64,000 nucleotides of DNA from an uncultured Myxococcaceae bacterium. GTDB taxonomy: Bacteria; Myxococcota; UBA727; JABDBI01. Positions 35,647 through 44,936 of the stretch are shown in pieces. Every line of letters starts with the position of its first letter. Position 1 is the first letter of the stretch. Made by a program: the position numbers and the translations under genes. The stretch is taken from the NCBI GenBank assembly GCA_964635635.1, contig CAZWPE010000002.1:22312-86311 (forward strand), in the 5' to 3' direction. The notes beneath the pieces are model-generated. The model worked only from the letters and a program-made list of their open reading frames with translations, searched no databases and was not told the origin of the DNA.

Positions 35647-36657
35647 ATGCACCTAGACCCAAGACTCCCTGAAACTCTTGTAGATCTTCATATCCATGTT
35701 GGGGGGGCTGTAGCCCCTCATGTTTTATTCGGAATCGCCCATGAGCAAGGGTTTAAACTTCCGGTTAAAAACTACTGGGAGTTTGTCGATTTAGTTACTG
35801 CTAAGCAGAGCTCCATTAAAAGTTTAGATGATTATTTGAAAATCATGCATCAGTGGACCGAGAAGATTCAAAGTTCCCCGGCAGCAATCGAGCGTTCTGT
35901 TTATGAGATTATTTGCAAAGAGTATCGCTCGTCTCGGGTTGAACATATTGAGCTCAGATTTAACCCCATGAAACGTAATCTGGGGGGTGAACGAGACTTA
36001 GATCATATCATCCACGCTGCTCTGCGCGGAATGGACCGCGCAGTTCTAGAATATGGTGTCAAAGCTTGCTTGTTATTCTGTTTGGCGCGTGAATTTGACC
36101 ATTCAACCAATGAAATCATTGTTGAAAAGGCAATTAAATATGCTCACAGAGGTGTGTTGGGCATAGATTTGGCGGGTCCGGAAAGTCACAATCTTGAGCT
36201 TTCACTTCAAGACGTTCCTCGTTATGAAAAGCTTTTTGAAAGAGCTCGGGCAGCAGGCCTAAAAACAACACTGCATACAGGTGAAACGACCCATACTGGC
36301 GCTGCAGGGGTTAAAGCGGCGCTGAAGTATCTAAAGCCTAATCGAATTGGTCACGGAATCCAGGCTGCGTACGATGAAGAGGCCCTTAAAATGCTGGCGG
36401 ATTCAGGAGTGGTTTTGGAGATCTGCCCAACCTCCAATCTTTATACGCGTGCAGTCAAAGACCTGGCAGAATTAAAGCAAGTCTTAAAGGCCTTCCAATC
36501 TCACAAAATTCCGTTTACGATCAACACAGACGGGCCTTATCTGCTGGATACGGATATGGCCAAAGAGTCTATCTTGCTTTTGGATAATGGGGTTTTAACT
36601 CAGCAAGAACTGGCTCAGTGTTTTGAAATATCCAAGAGAGCGTCTTTTATACAATGA
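35647..36657 (+). CDS. Adenosine/adenine deaminase-family amidohydrolase
   Basis: N-terminal metal-binding DLHIHVGGA (cf. ELHxHLDG). TLHTGE and TINTDGP(Y) motifs. 336 aa. Confidence 0.6.
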   Translation: MHLDPRLPETLVDLHIHVGGAVAPHVLFGIAHEQGFKLPVKNYWEFVDLVTAKQSSIKSLDDYLKIMHQWTEKIQSSPAAIERSVYEIICKEYRSSRVEHIELRFNPMKRNLGGERDLDHIIHAALRGMDRAVLEYGVKACLLFCLAREFDHSTNEIIVEKAIKYAHRGVLGIDLAGPESHNLELSLQDVPRYEKLFERARAAGLKTTLHTGETTHTGAAGVKAALKYLKPNRIGHGIQAAYDEEALKMLADSGVVLEICPTSNLYTRAVKDLAELKQVLKAFQSHKIPFTINTDGPYLLDTDMAKESILLLDNGVLTQQELAQCFEISKRASFIQ

Positions 36658-37430
36658 GTTCAGAAGCTATTACATTGTTGTCGGCCAGCGAGATTGAAAA
36701 AATGCGGAAGGCTGGTCGTCTTGCAGCTGAGCTGCTCACGCATTTAGGCTCTATGGTTCGTCCGGGTATTTCAACTCAAGCATTGAATGATGAAGCAGAG
36801 CGCTGGACCAGGGAACATGGCGCTCGAAGTGCTCCTTTGAACTATGCTCCTGGTGGTTGCACACCATTCCCTAGGTCTATTTGTACCAGTGTCAATGAAG
36901 TTGTGTGTCATGGTATCCCAAACTCTAGGCAGGTTTTGAAAGAGGGCGATATTATTAATATCGATGTGACGCCAATTTTAGATGGCTATCACGGTGACAC
37001 GTCCAAGACATTTTTCGTAGGGACACCCTCAAAAGCTGCCCGCCAATTAGTGGAAGTGACTGAAGAGTGCCTAAAGCTTGGGATTGCAGAAGTAGGCCCT
37101 GGCAAGCGTCTCGGGGACATTGGTGCTGCAATCCAGGAATACGCTGAGTCATTTGGATATGGCGTGGTGCGTGATTTCGTTGGGCACGGCATTGGCAAAA
37201 AGTTTCATACAGCCCCCCAAATCTACCATTATGGAACTCGCGGTAAGGGTGACCGAATGATTCCGGGGATGTGCTTTACCATCGAGCCCATGATTAACCA
37301 GGGAACTTGGAAAACCAAATTGCTGGATGATGACTGGACTGCGGTCACCGGAGACCGCAAGCTTTCAGCTCAATTTGAGCACACAGTGGTGGTAACTGAA
37401 ACTGGGGTTGAAATCCTTACTTTAAGATGA
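36654..37430 (+). CDS. map: Methionine aminopeptidase, type I
   Basis: Metal ligands in the GDIINIDVT ... HGIG ... FTIEPM ... EHTVVVT context. 258 aa. Confidence 0.85.
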   Translation: MSSEAITLLSASEIEKMRKAGRLAAELLTHLGSMVRPGISTQALNDEAERWTREHGARSAPLNYAPGGCTPFPRSICTSVNEVVCHGIPNSRQVLKEGDIINIDVTPILDGYHGDTSKTFFVGTPSKAARQLVEVTEECLKLGIAEVGPGKRLGDIGAAIQEYAESFGYGVVRDFVGHGIGKKFHTAPQIYHYGTRGKGDRMIPGMCFTIEPMINQGTWKTKLLDDDWTAVTGDRKLSAQFEHTVVVTETGVEILTLR

Positions 37431-37435
37431 TTGTC

Positions 37436-37465
37436 ACCCCGGCCTCCGAGCCGGGGTTCAGTCTT
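37436..37465 (+). terminator. Rho-independent terminator-like hairpin downstream of map
   Basis: CCCCGGC-ctccga-GCCGGGG stem-loop followed by a T-rich stretch. A second hairpin TCCCGGG-tcaag-CCCGGGA at 37482-37500 overlaps the stop of the ancestral PpiD-like gene tail on the opposite strand. Confidence 0.5.
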
Positions 37466-37550
37466 TATGAGATATTTCTGGATCCCGGGTCAAGCCCGGG
37501 ATGACAAAACAGTCTGTTTATCGTCTGACTCTGTTGTTCCATCAACCAAC

Positions 37551-37615
37551 TTACCCATTTGTTCTGCTACCAAATCTTTGCGCAGCTGGCTTTCGAACTG
37601 AGCTTCGCTTAAGTG
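37551..37615. repeat. Left copy of a 65-bp imperfect direct repeat (ancestral 3' end of the SurA_N/PpiD-like gene)
   Basis: Matches 38641-38705. The last 32 nt (CTGGCTTTCGAACTGAGCTTCGCTTAAGTG) are identical. Minus-strand translation gives ..HLSEAQFESQLRKDLVAEQMGKLVDGTTESDDKQTVLSSRA*. Confidence 0.7.
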
Positions 37616-37624
37616 TGTTTAATA

Positions 37625-38317
37625 TCAATGGTACTGAATTTTAATGCTGAAATTATCTCTAAATCTTTTTAGGTATAAAATTCCTAAATCCCCGAACATG
37701 AGTCCCAGTTTATCGGTGGAGTTTATCTGTAAATCTGAATCTATTTCATTTTGGATTGTGGTTGGATATCCACCGATTTTACTGTGGTTACGATGGTTTT
37801 TTTCAAGATATTTTTCTAGTTTCTTAAATTCTTCATAGGCTTGATCGGAATCGTCTAGATCGCAATATTCATCTTCGTAAGCCTCCATTGGTACGTCTTC
37901 GGCTAATTCCCAACTGATTTGATAACCTTCTTCAAAGGTACACTCTTTAGGTATAGAGACAGGAACAAGCCCATCTAAAGATTTATAAGCCCTGACAACA
38001 TAAGGGTAACTATCGATGAAGTTTGGGTTGATGAATATGGTGATAATTTCTATGTCTTTAAGGTTGTCAGGGACATAAGGAGCCTCTGTTAGATTAATTT
38101 GGCATAAAAAAAACAGAGGTTTAATGTCAGGAGGTGCCTGTTTCCCTGTAAAAAAAGCTTCTCTATTTCTATCCTGTTGGGTAACAAAATCGCATTCCGG
38201 CCATGATTCATTAGGTTTTGCAACTAATTTTAAGCCAAAATTAGAAGCAAAATCAGATATAGTTCCTTTTGGCTTGTGAATGTTAATCAAAGAACATTCT
38301 TTTTTGATGATATTCAT
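37625..38317 (-). CDS. Hypothetical protein, AT-rich, acidic C-terminal half; possible DUF1963/YwqG-like
   Basis: 230 aa. KIGGYPTTIQNE motif is reminiscent of DUF1963. Codon usage is visibly AT-richer than neighbours. Lies between the two direct repeats. Confidence 0.4.
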   Translation of the reverse strand: MNIIKKECSLINIHKPKGTISDFASNFGLKLVAKPNESWPECDFVTQQDRNREAFFTGKQAPPDIKPLFFLCQINLTEAPYVPDNLKDIEIITIFINPNFIDSYPYVVRAYKSLDGLVPVSIPKECTFEEGYQISWELAEDVPMEAYEDEYCDLDDSDQAYEEFKKLEKYLEKNHRNHSKIGGYPTTIQNEIDSDLQINSTDKLGLMFGDLGILYLKRFRDNFSIKIQYH

Positions 38318-38526
38318 AGAGGTGTTCTACTTGTTTTTATAGAACTTTACAAGTTGTTGTCCTGGTTCAAGATATTTAAAACTTTAAGCCTCTCAGGGCT
38401 TGGTGAGGCCTAATGTAATTATGGATGTATTGCCAGCGACCAAGCTAGCGTCTCAAAGCGCCTATTTCATAGGCTAAGTTGTAGACCCAGTGGGTATTTT
38501 TGCTGGAAGCATGGGAGCAGAGATCC

Positions 38527-39132
38527 TTACCCTTGGGGTAATGCAGAACTCTTGATGGTGGCGCCTTTTTTCAAAAACTCAACATAGTTCTGGAAAAACT
38601 TGGCGCGTGGCTCATCGCTTTGAAGGGTTCCGTCAATCAGCTTGCCCATTTGTTCAGCTACTAGATCTTTGCGTAACTGGCTTTCGAACTGAGCTTCGCT
38701 TAAGTGATAGTTTGAATAAATTGCACGTTGATAAGCTGCACGATCAATTTTCTTTTCACCCCCAAATAAGTTGGTTCGAATAAAGTCGGCAAGCTCGCGG
38801 TCTGAAACCCTGAGACCCTCGCTCTCTGCGAGCTGAGCCAAGAGCGTTTTCGAAATTAGGCGCTCCAGAACAGCCTTTTTAAGCATTTCTTGTACAGGGC
38901 CTTCCGGATTAAAATCGGGTGTGTTGCTTTGGATCATGCGGATCTGCTGTGTGTAGGCCATCTGAAGTTCAGGGTAAGTGATAACATGTCCATTGACAGT
39001 CGCAGCATAGGGAAGTTCGGAGCCAGTTTGTCCAACCCATGGGCCAAAATTGATGGCAAACACAAAGATAATGACCCCGAACAGGAGTACAATCAACCAA
39101 GAGTTTGAGTTTTTTCGCATGAGATCGAGCAT
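38527..39132 (-). CDS. SurA N-terminal-domain periplasmic chaperone (PpiD N-terminal-like), 201 aa
   Basis: Signal-anchor helix then YAATVNGHVITYPELQMAYTQQ..., as in the PpiD/SurA N-domain. Its 3'-terminal 38 codons differ from the ancestral tail preserved at 37489-37560. Confidence 0.55.
   Translation of the reverse strand: MLDLMRKNSNSWLIVLLFGVIIFVFAINFGPWVGQTGSELPYAATVNGHVITYPELQMAYTQQIRMIQSNTPDFNPEGPVQEMLKKAVLERLISKTLLAQLAESEGLRVSDRELADFIRTNLFGGEKKIDRAAYQRAIYSNYHLSEAQFESQLRKDLVAEQMGKLIDGTLQSDEPRAKFFQNYVEFLKKGATIKSSALPQG
38641..38705. repeat. Right copy of the 65-bp direct repeat (inside the current PpiD-like gene)
   Basis: See left copy at 37551-37615. Confidence 0.7.
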
Positions 39133-39188
39133 TTTTTCTTCCTTTTTCGGTTTAAAACTCTCTATAACTGCGCTAGTACAAAATTACT

Positions 39189-40220
39189 ATGGCGCGTTTT
39201 CTTCCTAACTGGTTTTCGAGCGATATTGCAATTGATTTAGGTACCTCCAATACCTTGGTGTTTCTTCAGGGGCGTGGAATCGTTGTCAATGAGCCCAGCG
39301 TGGTCGCTGTTGATCAGCGTATTGTCGGAAAAAATCGTATCGTTGCTGTTGGCCGCGAAGCAAAAGATATGCTTGGCCGAACACCTGGGATGATATCTGC
39401 GATTAGACCTATTCAAAAGGGTGTAATCTCGGATTTTGATGCCACCGTAGAAATGCTTAGAGCATTTATAGAGCGTGCGCTTGGGCGGATGTCCTTTTTG
39501 AAGCCCAGGGTCGTAATCGCTGTCCCGGTGGGTATTACAGAAGTTGAGAAACGTGCGGTTAAAGAGTCTGCCGAGTCTGCAAATGCTGGAGAGGTATTTT
39601 TGATTGAAGAGCCTATGGCTGCCGCGATTGGTGCAGGAATGCCTATTACCGAGCCGTCTGGTAACATGATTGTTGATATTGGCGGTGGAACAACAGAAGT
39701 TGCTGTTATCTCCCTTGGGGGAATCGTGTTTAGTCACTCCACCCGTATTGGTGGTGACAATTTAGATGACGCGATCGCTGCCCATATTAAGAAACATTAT
39801 TCTTTGCTGGTGGGTGAAAGAACAGTAGAGCAGATTAAGATTCGTTTGGGCTCTGCCTTTCCCGATGAGGACTTGGGGACCATGGAAGTAAAGGGCAGAG
39901 ATATTATTGCCGGAGTCCCTAGAACGATTGAAGTCGGTGGTGCTGAAATCCGAGAAGCGATGGCTGAGCCTATCTCCGCAATTGTTGAGGCCGTGCGGGT
40001 TAGCCTTGAAAGAACCCCCCCTGAGCTTGCATCTGACATTGTAGATAGGGGTATTATCCTTTCTGGAGGGGGCGCTTTGTTAAGAAACTTGGATACATTG
40101 TTGCAGCGTGAAACAGGTGTCCCTGTGTGTCTTGCTTCAGACCCCTTGTGTGGGACTGTTCTTGGTGCTGGTAAGGTTTTGGAAGAACTCGATCGATTGA
40201 AACAGGTTTTGACGATATAA
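39189..40220 (+). CDS. mreB: Rod shape-determining protein MreB
   Basis: Actin-like ATPase motifs: IAIDLGTSNT, DIGGGTTEVAV, ILSGGGALL. 343 aa. Confidence 0.9.
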   Translation: MARFLPNWFSSDIAIDLGTSNTLVFLQGRGIVVNEPSVVAVDQRIVGKNRIVAVGREAKDMLGRTPGMISAIRPIQKGVISDFDATVEMLRAFIERALGRMSFLKPRVVIAVPVGITEVEKRAVKESAESANAGEVFLIEEPMAAAIGAGMPITEPSGNMIVDIGGGTTEVAVISLGGIVFSHSTRIGGDNLDDAIAAHIKKHYSLLVGERTVEQIKIRLGSAFPDEDLGTMEVKGRDIIAGVPRTIEVGGAEIREAMAEPISAIVEAVRVSLERTPPELASDIVDRGIILSGGGALLRNLDTLLQRETGVPVCLASDPLCGTVLGAGKVLEELDRLKQVLTI

Positions 40221-40223
40221 GAG

Positions 40224-41102
40224 GTGCGGGTGGCAGGTAAGAGATTTTCTCAAATTAAAACCCTTGTGGGAGTGGTGATGTTGTTGCTGCTCCCTTTTGT
40301 GTTTTTAAAAGTTCAAAAAAAAGCCCCTGAATTATCGGATGCGGTTGGGGGTACATTTTTAGATTTATCATCCATCCTACAAGAGGGAGTTTTGTGGGCT
40401 TTTGGTGGGGTTTCTGATGCCCTTGAGCGCCGATTTGTTCGTCAAAAATCAGAGGATGAAATCTTTGAACTTCGAGCCGAGCGTACCAAAATGAGAACGC
40501 TCGAGATTATGTTAACCGAATCTGAACGGGAGAACGCTCGTTTAAAAGAACTACTGGCATTTTCTCCAACCATTAATGCTCCTCGAGTGATTGGCGCACT
40601 GGTAATTGGTCAAACAGGGATTCCGCTCACAAGAGTAATCCAAATTGATCGAGGTTCTAAAGCAGGTGTCAAAAAAGGAGATGCCGTTGTCAATACTGCG
40701 GGTGCGGTAGGCCAAGTCTTACTGACAGGCAAGTATAATAGTGAAGTCCTCCTATTGCCAGATGCATCTAGTGCGATTGATGTCGTTGTGGAACGTTCCA
40801 GAATAAAGGGTATCATGCGGGGGCTCAAGGTTCATAACTTTGATAGACTCGGCGACGTTCGAGTTGGGGATATTCTTGTCACTTCAGGGGTAGGAGCGCG
40901 ATTCCCTGAGGGAATGCCGATTGGAAAAATTAGCCGTGTCAAAAGTCATGAGCAAGGTTTGTACACGGAAGCTGAGGTGGAGCCTTTTGTCAACTTTAAC
41001 AAATTGGAAGAAGTGCTTGTCTTGACTCAAAACTCAAAAACAAGTTTGTGGCGTCGAAAAGATATGGTCTCTCAGTTTCTTCAAGTGAGTGTTGCAAAAT
41101 GA
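40224..41102 (+). CDS. mreC: Rod shape-determining protein MreC
   Basis: N-terminal TM, coiled coil, then a beta-rich C-domain. Position after mreB. 292 aa. Confidence 0.75.
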   Translation: MRVAGKRFSQIKTLVGVVMLLLLPFVFLKVQKKAPELSDAVGGTFLDLSSILQEGVLWAFGGVSDALERRFVRQKSEDEIFELRAERTKMRTLEIMLTESERENARLKELLAFSPTINAPRVIGALVIGQTGIPLTRVIQIDRGSKAGVKKGDAVVNTAGAVGQVLLTGKYNSEVLLLPDASSAIDVVVERSRIKGIMRGLKVHNFDRLGDVRVGDILVTSGVGARFPEGMPIGKISRVKSHEQGLYTEAEVEPFVNFNKLEEVLVLTQNSKTSLWRRKDMVSQFLQVSVAK

Positions 41103-41554
41103 TACCCTTCTTTTTGTTGATGCTGTTCACTCTTTTTTATCAAGCTGTGTTGAATGGTATGTCTGTTCTTACTCATGCGTACTCTAGTTTTTTTCTGGCA
41201 GCTCCAGTTGTCTTGGTGTTGGTGATATTCTGCATGAATATTTTATCAGGCTTGTTCTTGCTGCCATTTTTAGGAATGTTGTTGGATGCAATGACAGGTG
41301 GGGTTGCTGGCCAGCATTTGGTATGGATGGTTATTTTTGGATTTAGCGGTATGATGCTGAGCTCTCTGCTTGGAAAACCGCATTCGCCGCTGATCCTTTC
41401 GTTTCTGTTAGGTTCTTCTCTTATCTATAGGCTCTGGCTGTCTCAAATGGGTAATTGGGGGATTTCAAATTTGTTGTTGGGTCCGTTTGCGGATGCTCTG
41501 GTCGGTATGTTGATCTTTTATTGTTTACCAACTCGATTGATTCGAATGGATTGA
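41099..41554 (+). CDS. mreD: Rod shape-determining protein MreD
   Basis: Small polytopic membrane protein. ATGA overlap with mreC. Start trimmed to MIPFF. Confidence 0.6.
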   Translation: MIPFFLLMLFTLFYQAVLNGMSVLTHAYSSFFLAAPVVLVLVIFCMNILSGLFLLPFLGMLLDAMTGGVAGQHLVWMVIFGFSGMMLSSLLGKPHSPLILSFLLGSSLIYRLWLSQMGNWGISNLLLGPFADALVGMLIFYCLPTRLIRMD

Positions 41555-41560
41555 TTTTTT

Positions 41561-43681
41561 ATGAATTTTTCAGAAAAAAGATTCGCGATATTTAGCTTTG
41601 CGCCGATGGTGGTCTTCGCTATTTTTACGCTGAGACTTTTTTATCTTCAGGTTATCCGAGGAGATTATTATCTTACTCGCAGTGAAAGCAATTTCATTCA
41701 AGAAAGACCCATTAGTCATACGCGAGGTTTAATCTTAGATCAGGCGGGTGTTCCGCTGGCAGATAACCGACCTTCGCATGACCTATACATTACGCTTTCT
41801 CTTTTTCCTGAAGCAAGTGCCACCTTAAAGAAAATGGGTTTAGCTCTTGGGCTTAAACGAATTCAGATTAAAGATGCAGAGAAAAAATTCACCCAAGCAC
41901 AGGGAGAATTCGCCTTGTGGAACTTGTCTGGTTCGAAATGTCGACAGTTCTCATCCTGGTTGCAGAATCAACGGATCCCTGGTGTATATGAGTCGAATTG
42001 TGTTGTTTATGTAGATCCAGAGCATTTTCCCTCAAGACAAGTTTCTGTCAGAGAGTTGAGTAAACTTTTAGGGATTCCAGAAGAAGAAATGGCTTTGTAC
42101 TGGGCATCTGCAGAAAAGAAATCTCAGGGCTTGGGGCAATATAAGCCCGTGTTGCTCTTGAGCGACCTGGACTATGATGCTTATGCACGGTTAGAGTCTG
42201 CGATTTCTTTAGGACTGATGCCGGGGTTAATAATTTTTGATTCAGTTAAGAGACGCTACATCAATGGTCCAATGGCTGCCCACGCGCTTGGGTATCTGAA
42301 TGAAATCTCTGCAAACGAATTGATTAAGAAACCTGACTATCGCCAAGGACAACGCATTGGCCGCCGCGGGATTGAGTTGATGTATGAAAAAACTCTGCGC
42401 GGTGAAGATGGATATGAACGCACCGTGGTTGATGCCAAAGGGCGCAGATTCTCTGAGGCCATTGAAAAAGATTGGTTGGGTGATGACCGCATAGAGCCAT
42501 CAGTCCCTGGAAATAATCTCATCTTATCGATGGACATTGAGTTACAGAAAGCTGCAGAAAAGGCGTTTTCTGGTAAAGCTGGGTCTGTTGTTGCGCTTGA
42601 GGCTGGAACTGGATTTGTTTTAGCTATGGCTAGTTTCCCGGCATATGATCCGAACGAAATTATCGGCCGTAATAACCGGAAAGTATTTCAGCGCTTAACG
42701 ACGGATCCATTGAAGCCTTGGCTCAATAAAGCGATTCAAGAACATTATGCTCCTGGTAGTACTTTTAAGGCCATTACAGCGGTTGCCGGGTTTGAACATG
42801 GCATGCTCAAGCAGACAGATCATAAAACGTGCCGGGGAACTTTCTATTTGGGGAGAAATAGCTGGCGATGTTTCAAGCGAGAAGGACATGGAACCATCGA
42901 TGTCGTAGATGCTCTTAAAACATCTTGTGACGTCTTTTTTTATAGCCTTGGTTATGAACTAGGTCCTGAAAAATTGGCAGAAACTGCACGCCTTCTGGGG
43001 TTTGGTCGAAAAACAGGTGTTGAGCTCGACATGGAAATTCCTGGCATTATGCCGGACAAAGCCTACTACCAAAAACGTCTTGGATATTACTCTCCTGGCT
43101 TGGTGGTGAACAGTGCGATTGGTCAAGGTGATGTAACGACAACTCCGCTACAGCTTGCAGTTGCTTATGATGCTTTGGTCAATGGAGGAACACTTTATAA
43201 GCCACAACTTGTGCGTGAAATACGAGATGTTCACAATAATTTGATTCAAAAAAAAGAGCCTATCGTGGCATCTCACCTGAAAGAGAGCGAGGAAAGTTTG
43301 CAATTAGTCAAAGAAGGATTAGCACATATTTTAGAGCCAGGTGGAACTGCTAATAGTGTTTTATATCGAGGTGATTTGCCTGAGCTTTCAAAATGGCTTC
43401 GGGAGTCGGGCATTAAAATTGGTGGTAAAACAGGGACAGCTCAGGTAGTTCGGCTCTCAAAATCTGTGAAACATATTGATCCTAATGCGGTGAGCTATGC
43501 CCACCGTGATCATGCTTGGTTCGTGGGTTTTGCCCCAGCAGATAAACCAGAGATAGTGGTTGTGGCCATGACAGAACATGGAGGTTTTGGAGGGACTGCT
43601 TCAGCGCCTGTTGTGCTTGAGGTAATCAAAACTTGGTATGAGAAGGTGAGGGGAAAAGGTCGCTATGCGCAGCAAAAATAG
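41561..43681 (+). CDS. mrdA: Penicillin-binding protein 2 (elongasome transpeptidase)
   Basis: SxxK (GSTFKAIT), SxN-like (KTSCD) and KTGT (GGKTGTAQV) motifs. N-terminal TM. 706 aa. Confidence 0.85.
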   Translation: MNFSEKRFAIFSFAPMVVFAIFTLRLFYLQVIRGDYYLTRSESNFIQERPISHTRGLILDQAGVPLADNRPSHDLYITLSLFPEASATLKKMGLALGLKRIQIKDAEKKFTQAQGEFALWNLSGSKCRQFSSWLQNQRIPGVYESNCVVYVDPEHFPSRQVSVRELSKLLGIPEEEMALYWASAEKKSQGLGQYKPVLLLSDLDYDAYARLESAISLGLMPGLIIFDSVKRRYINGPMAAHALGYLNEISANELIKKPDYRQGQRIGRRGIELMYEKTLRGEDGYERTVVDAKGRRFSEAIEKDWLGDDRIEPSVPGNNLILSMDIELQKAAEKAFSGKAGSVVALEAGTGFVLAMASFPAYDPNEIIGRNNRKVFQRLTTDPLKPWLNKAIQEHYAPGSTFKAITAVAGFEHGMLKQTDHKTCRGTFYLGRNSWRCFKREGHGTIDVVDALKTSCDVFFYSLGYELGPEKLAETARLLGFGRKTGVELDMEIPGIMPDKAYYQKRLGYYSPGLVVNSAIGQGDVTTTPLQLAVAYDALVNGGTLYKPQLVREIRDVHNNLIQKKEPIVASHLKESEESLQLVKEGLAHILEPGGTANSVLYRGDLPELSKWLRESGIKIGGKTGTAQVVRLSKSVKHIDPNAVSYAHRDHAWFVGFAPADKPEIVVVAMTEHGGFGGTASAPVVLEVIKTWYEKVRGKGRYAQQK

Positions 43682-44936
43682 CTCATTTAAGGTTCGATTT
43701 CCTATCTCACTGGTTTCTCTTGCGTTAATTCTAACTCTGGTTGGTATTGTGAATATAGCTTCAGCGGCTAAAGCCACTCAGCCAAACTTGTTCATCTACC
43801 AATTTGTCTGGTTGGGGATCGCTGCTTTAATGGCAGCTGTAATTTGTTTCTTTCAAACAAGAACTCTAGGACTTTTAGCCTACCCGTTTTATGTCGGTGT
43901 TGTTGGACTGCTGCTTGCTGTGCTTGTAGTGGGTGTTGTTGTTAAAGGCTCTCAACGCTGGATTGATATTGGCATTATGAGGCTTCAACCCTCAGAGCTA
44001 GCTAAAATAGCAGTCGTATTGGCCACGGCAAAATTCTGCACAGATTTTGAAGTGTATGGTGGGTATCGACTCAGGGATCTTATAAGGCCATTTAATATTT
44101 CTAGACCCTTGGCAGTGTTGGCAGTGTGTCTCTATGTTCTTAAAAAATTTCCAGCTTACATTTGGCCGGCGAGTATTGGGATCGTGCTTGGACTGGTTTG
44201 GGTTGCACTGTCTTTAAAGCAAATGCGCAAGGAAGGTTTTCATTTTTACCAGATTGTTTCGTTGGGAGATGTTGTTTTGGTGCCATTTCTCTTAATTCTG
44301 GTGGAGCCAGATTTAGGAACGTCGATGATTGTTTTAGCCATTCCGACAACGATGTTGCTATTTGCAGGTATGCGAGCATCATCGCTTTTTATAGCTGCCT
44401 TATTTGCGGTTGGTATTGCATTGGTTGGTTGGAATTTTGTCCTGATGGACTACCAAAAGCAGCGGGTTCATACTTTTATTAATCCTGAAGCTGATATCAA
44501 GGGCAAGGGATATCACGCAATGCAGTCTATGATTGCTGTAGGTTCTGGGCAGTTTTTAGGTAAAGGCTTTGGGGAAGGAACGCAGACACAGCTTTCATTT
44601 CTACCTGAGAATCATACAGACTTTGTTTTTTCTGTTCTGGCAGAGGAATGGGGTTTCCTTGGAGCAGTTCTGGTGTTGGCTTTGTTAGCAGCTCTAGTGC
44701 TTTCCATGATTCAAATTGCAGCGAAGGCTCAAGATCGTTTTGCAAGTTTACTCGCCGTGGGAGCGGCCTCGGTAGTTTTTTGGCATATGACGGTTAATGT
44801 GGGTATGGTGATTGGCCTCTTGCCGGTAGTAGGCGTACCATTGCCATTTGTGAGCTATGGGGGCGCTTCAATGCTGATTCAGGTTGCTGCTTTAGCGATT
44901 TGTATGAATGTTTCAATTTGGCGTAAGGTGCGGTGA
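43665..44936 (+). CDS. rodA: SEDS-family peptidoglycan glycosyltransferase RodA
   Basis: FtsW/RodA/SpoVE topology. Follows mrdA with a 17-nt overlap. 423 aa. Confidence 0.8.
   Translation: MRSKNSSFKVRFPISLVSLALILTLVGIVNIASAAKATQPNLFIYQFVWLGIAALMAAVICFFQTRTLGLLAYPFYVGVVGLLLAVLVVGVVVKGSQRWIDIGIMRLQPSELAKIAVVLATAKFCTDFEVYGGYRLRDLIRPFNISRPLAVLAVCLYVLKKFPAYIWPASIGIVLGLVWVALSLKQMRKEGFHFYQIVSLGDVVLVPFLLILVEPDLGTSMIVLAIPTTMLLFAGMRASSLFIAALFAVGIALVGWNFVLMDYQKQRVHTFINPEADIKGKGYHAMQSMIAVGSGQFLGKGFGEGTQTQLSFLPENHTDFVFSVLAEEWGFLGAVLVLALLAALVLSMIQIAAKAQDRFASLLAVGAASVVFWHMTVNVGMVIGLLPVVGVPLPFVSYGGASMLIQVAALAICMNVSIWRKVR

Noticed and set aside
35690-35720. G-run (GTTGGGGGGGCTGTAGCCCCTCA) considered as another copy of the palindromic repeat family
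   Set aside because: It lacks the CCCCCCTTTGAAAAAGG core and the AAATCCC/GGGATTT ends, and encodes the conserved metal-binding HVGGA of the deaminase. Coincidental G/C run.
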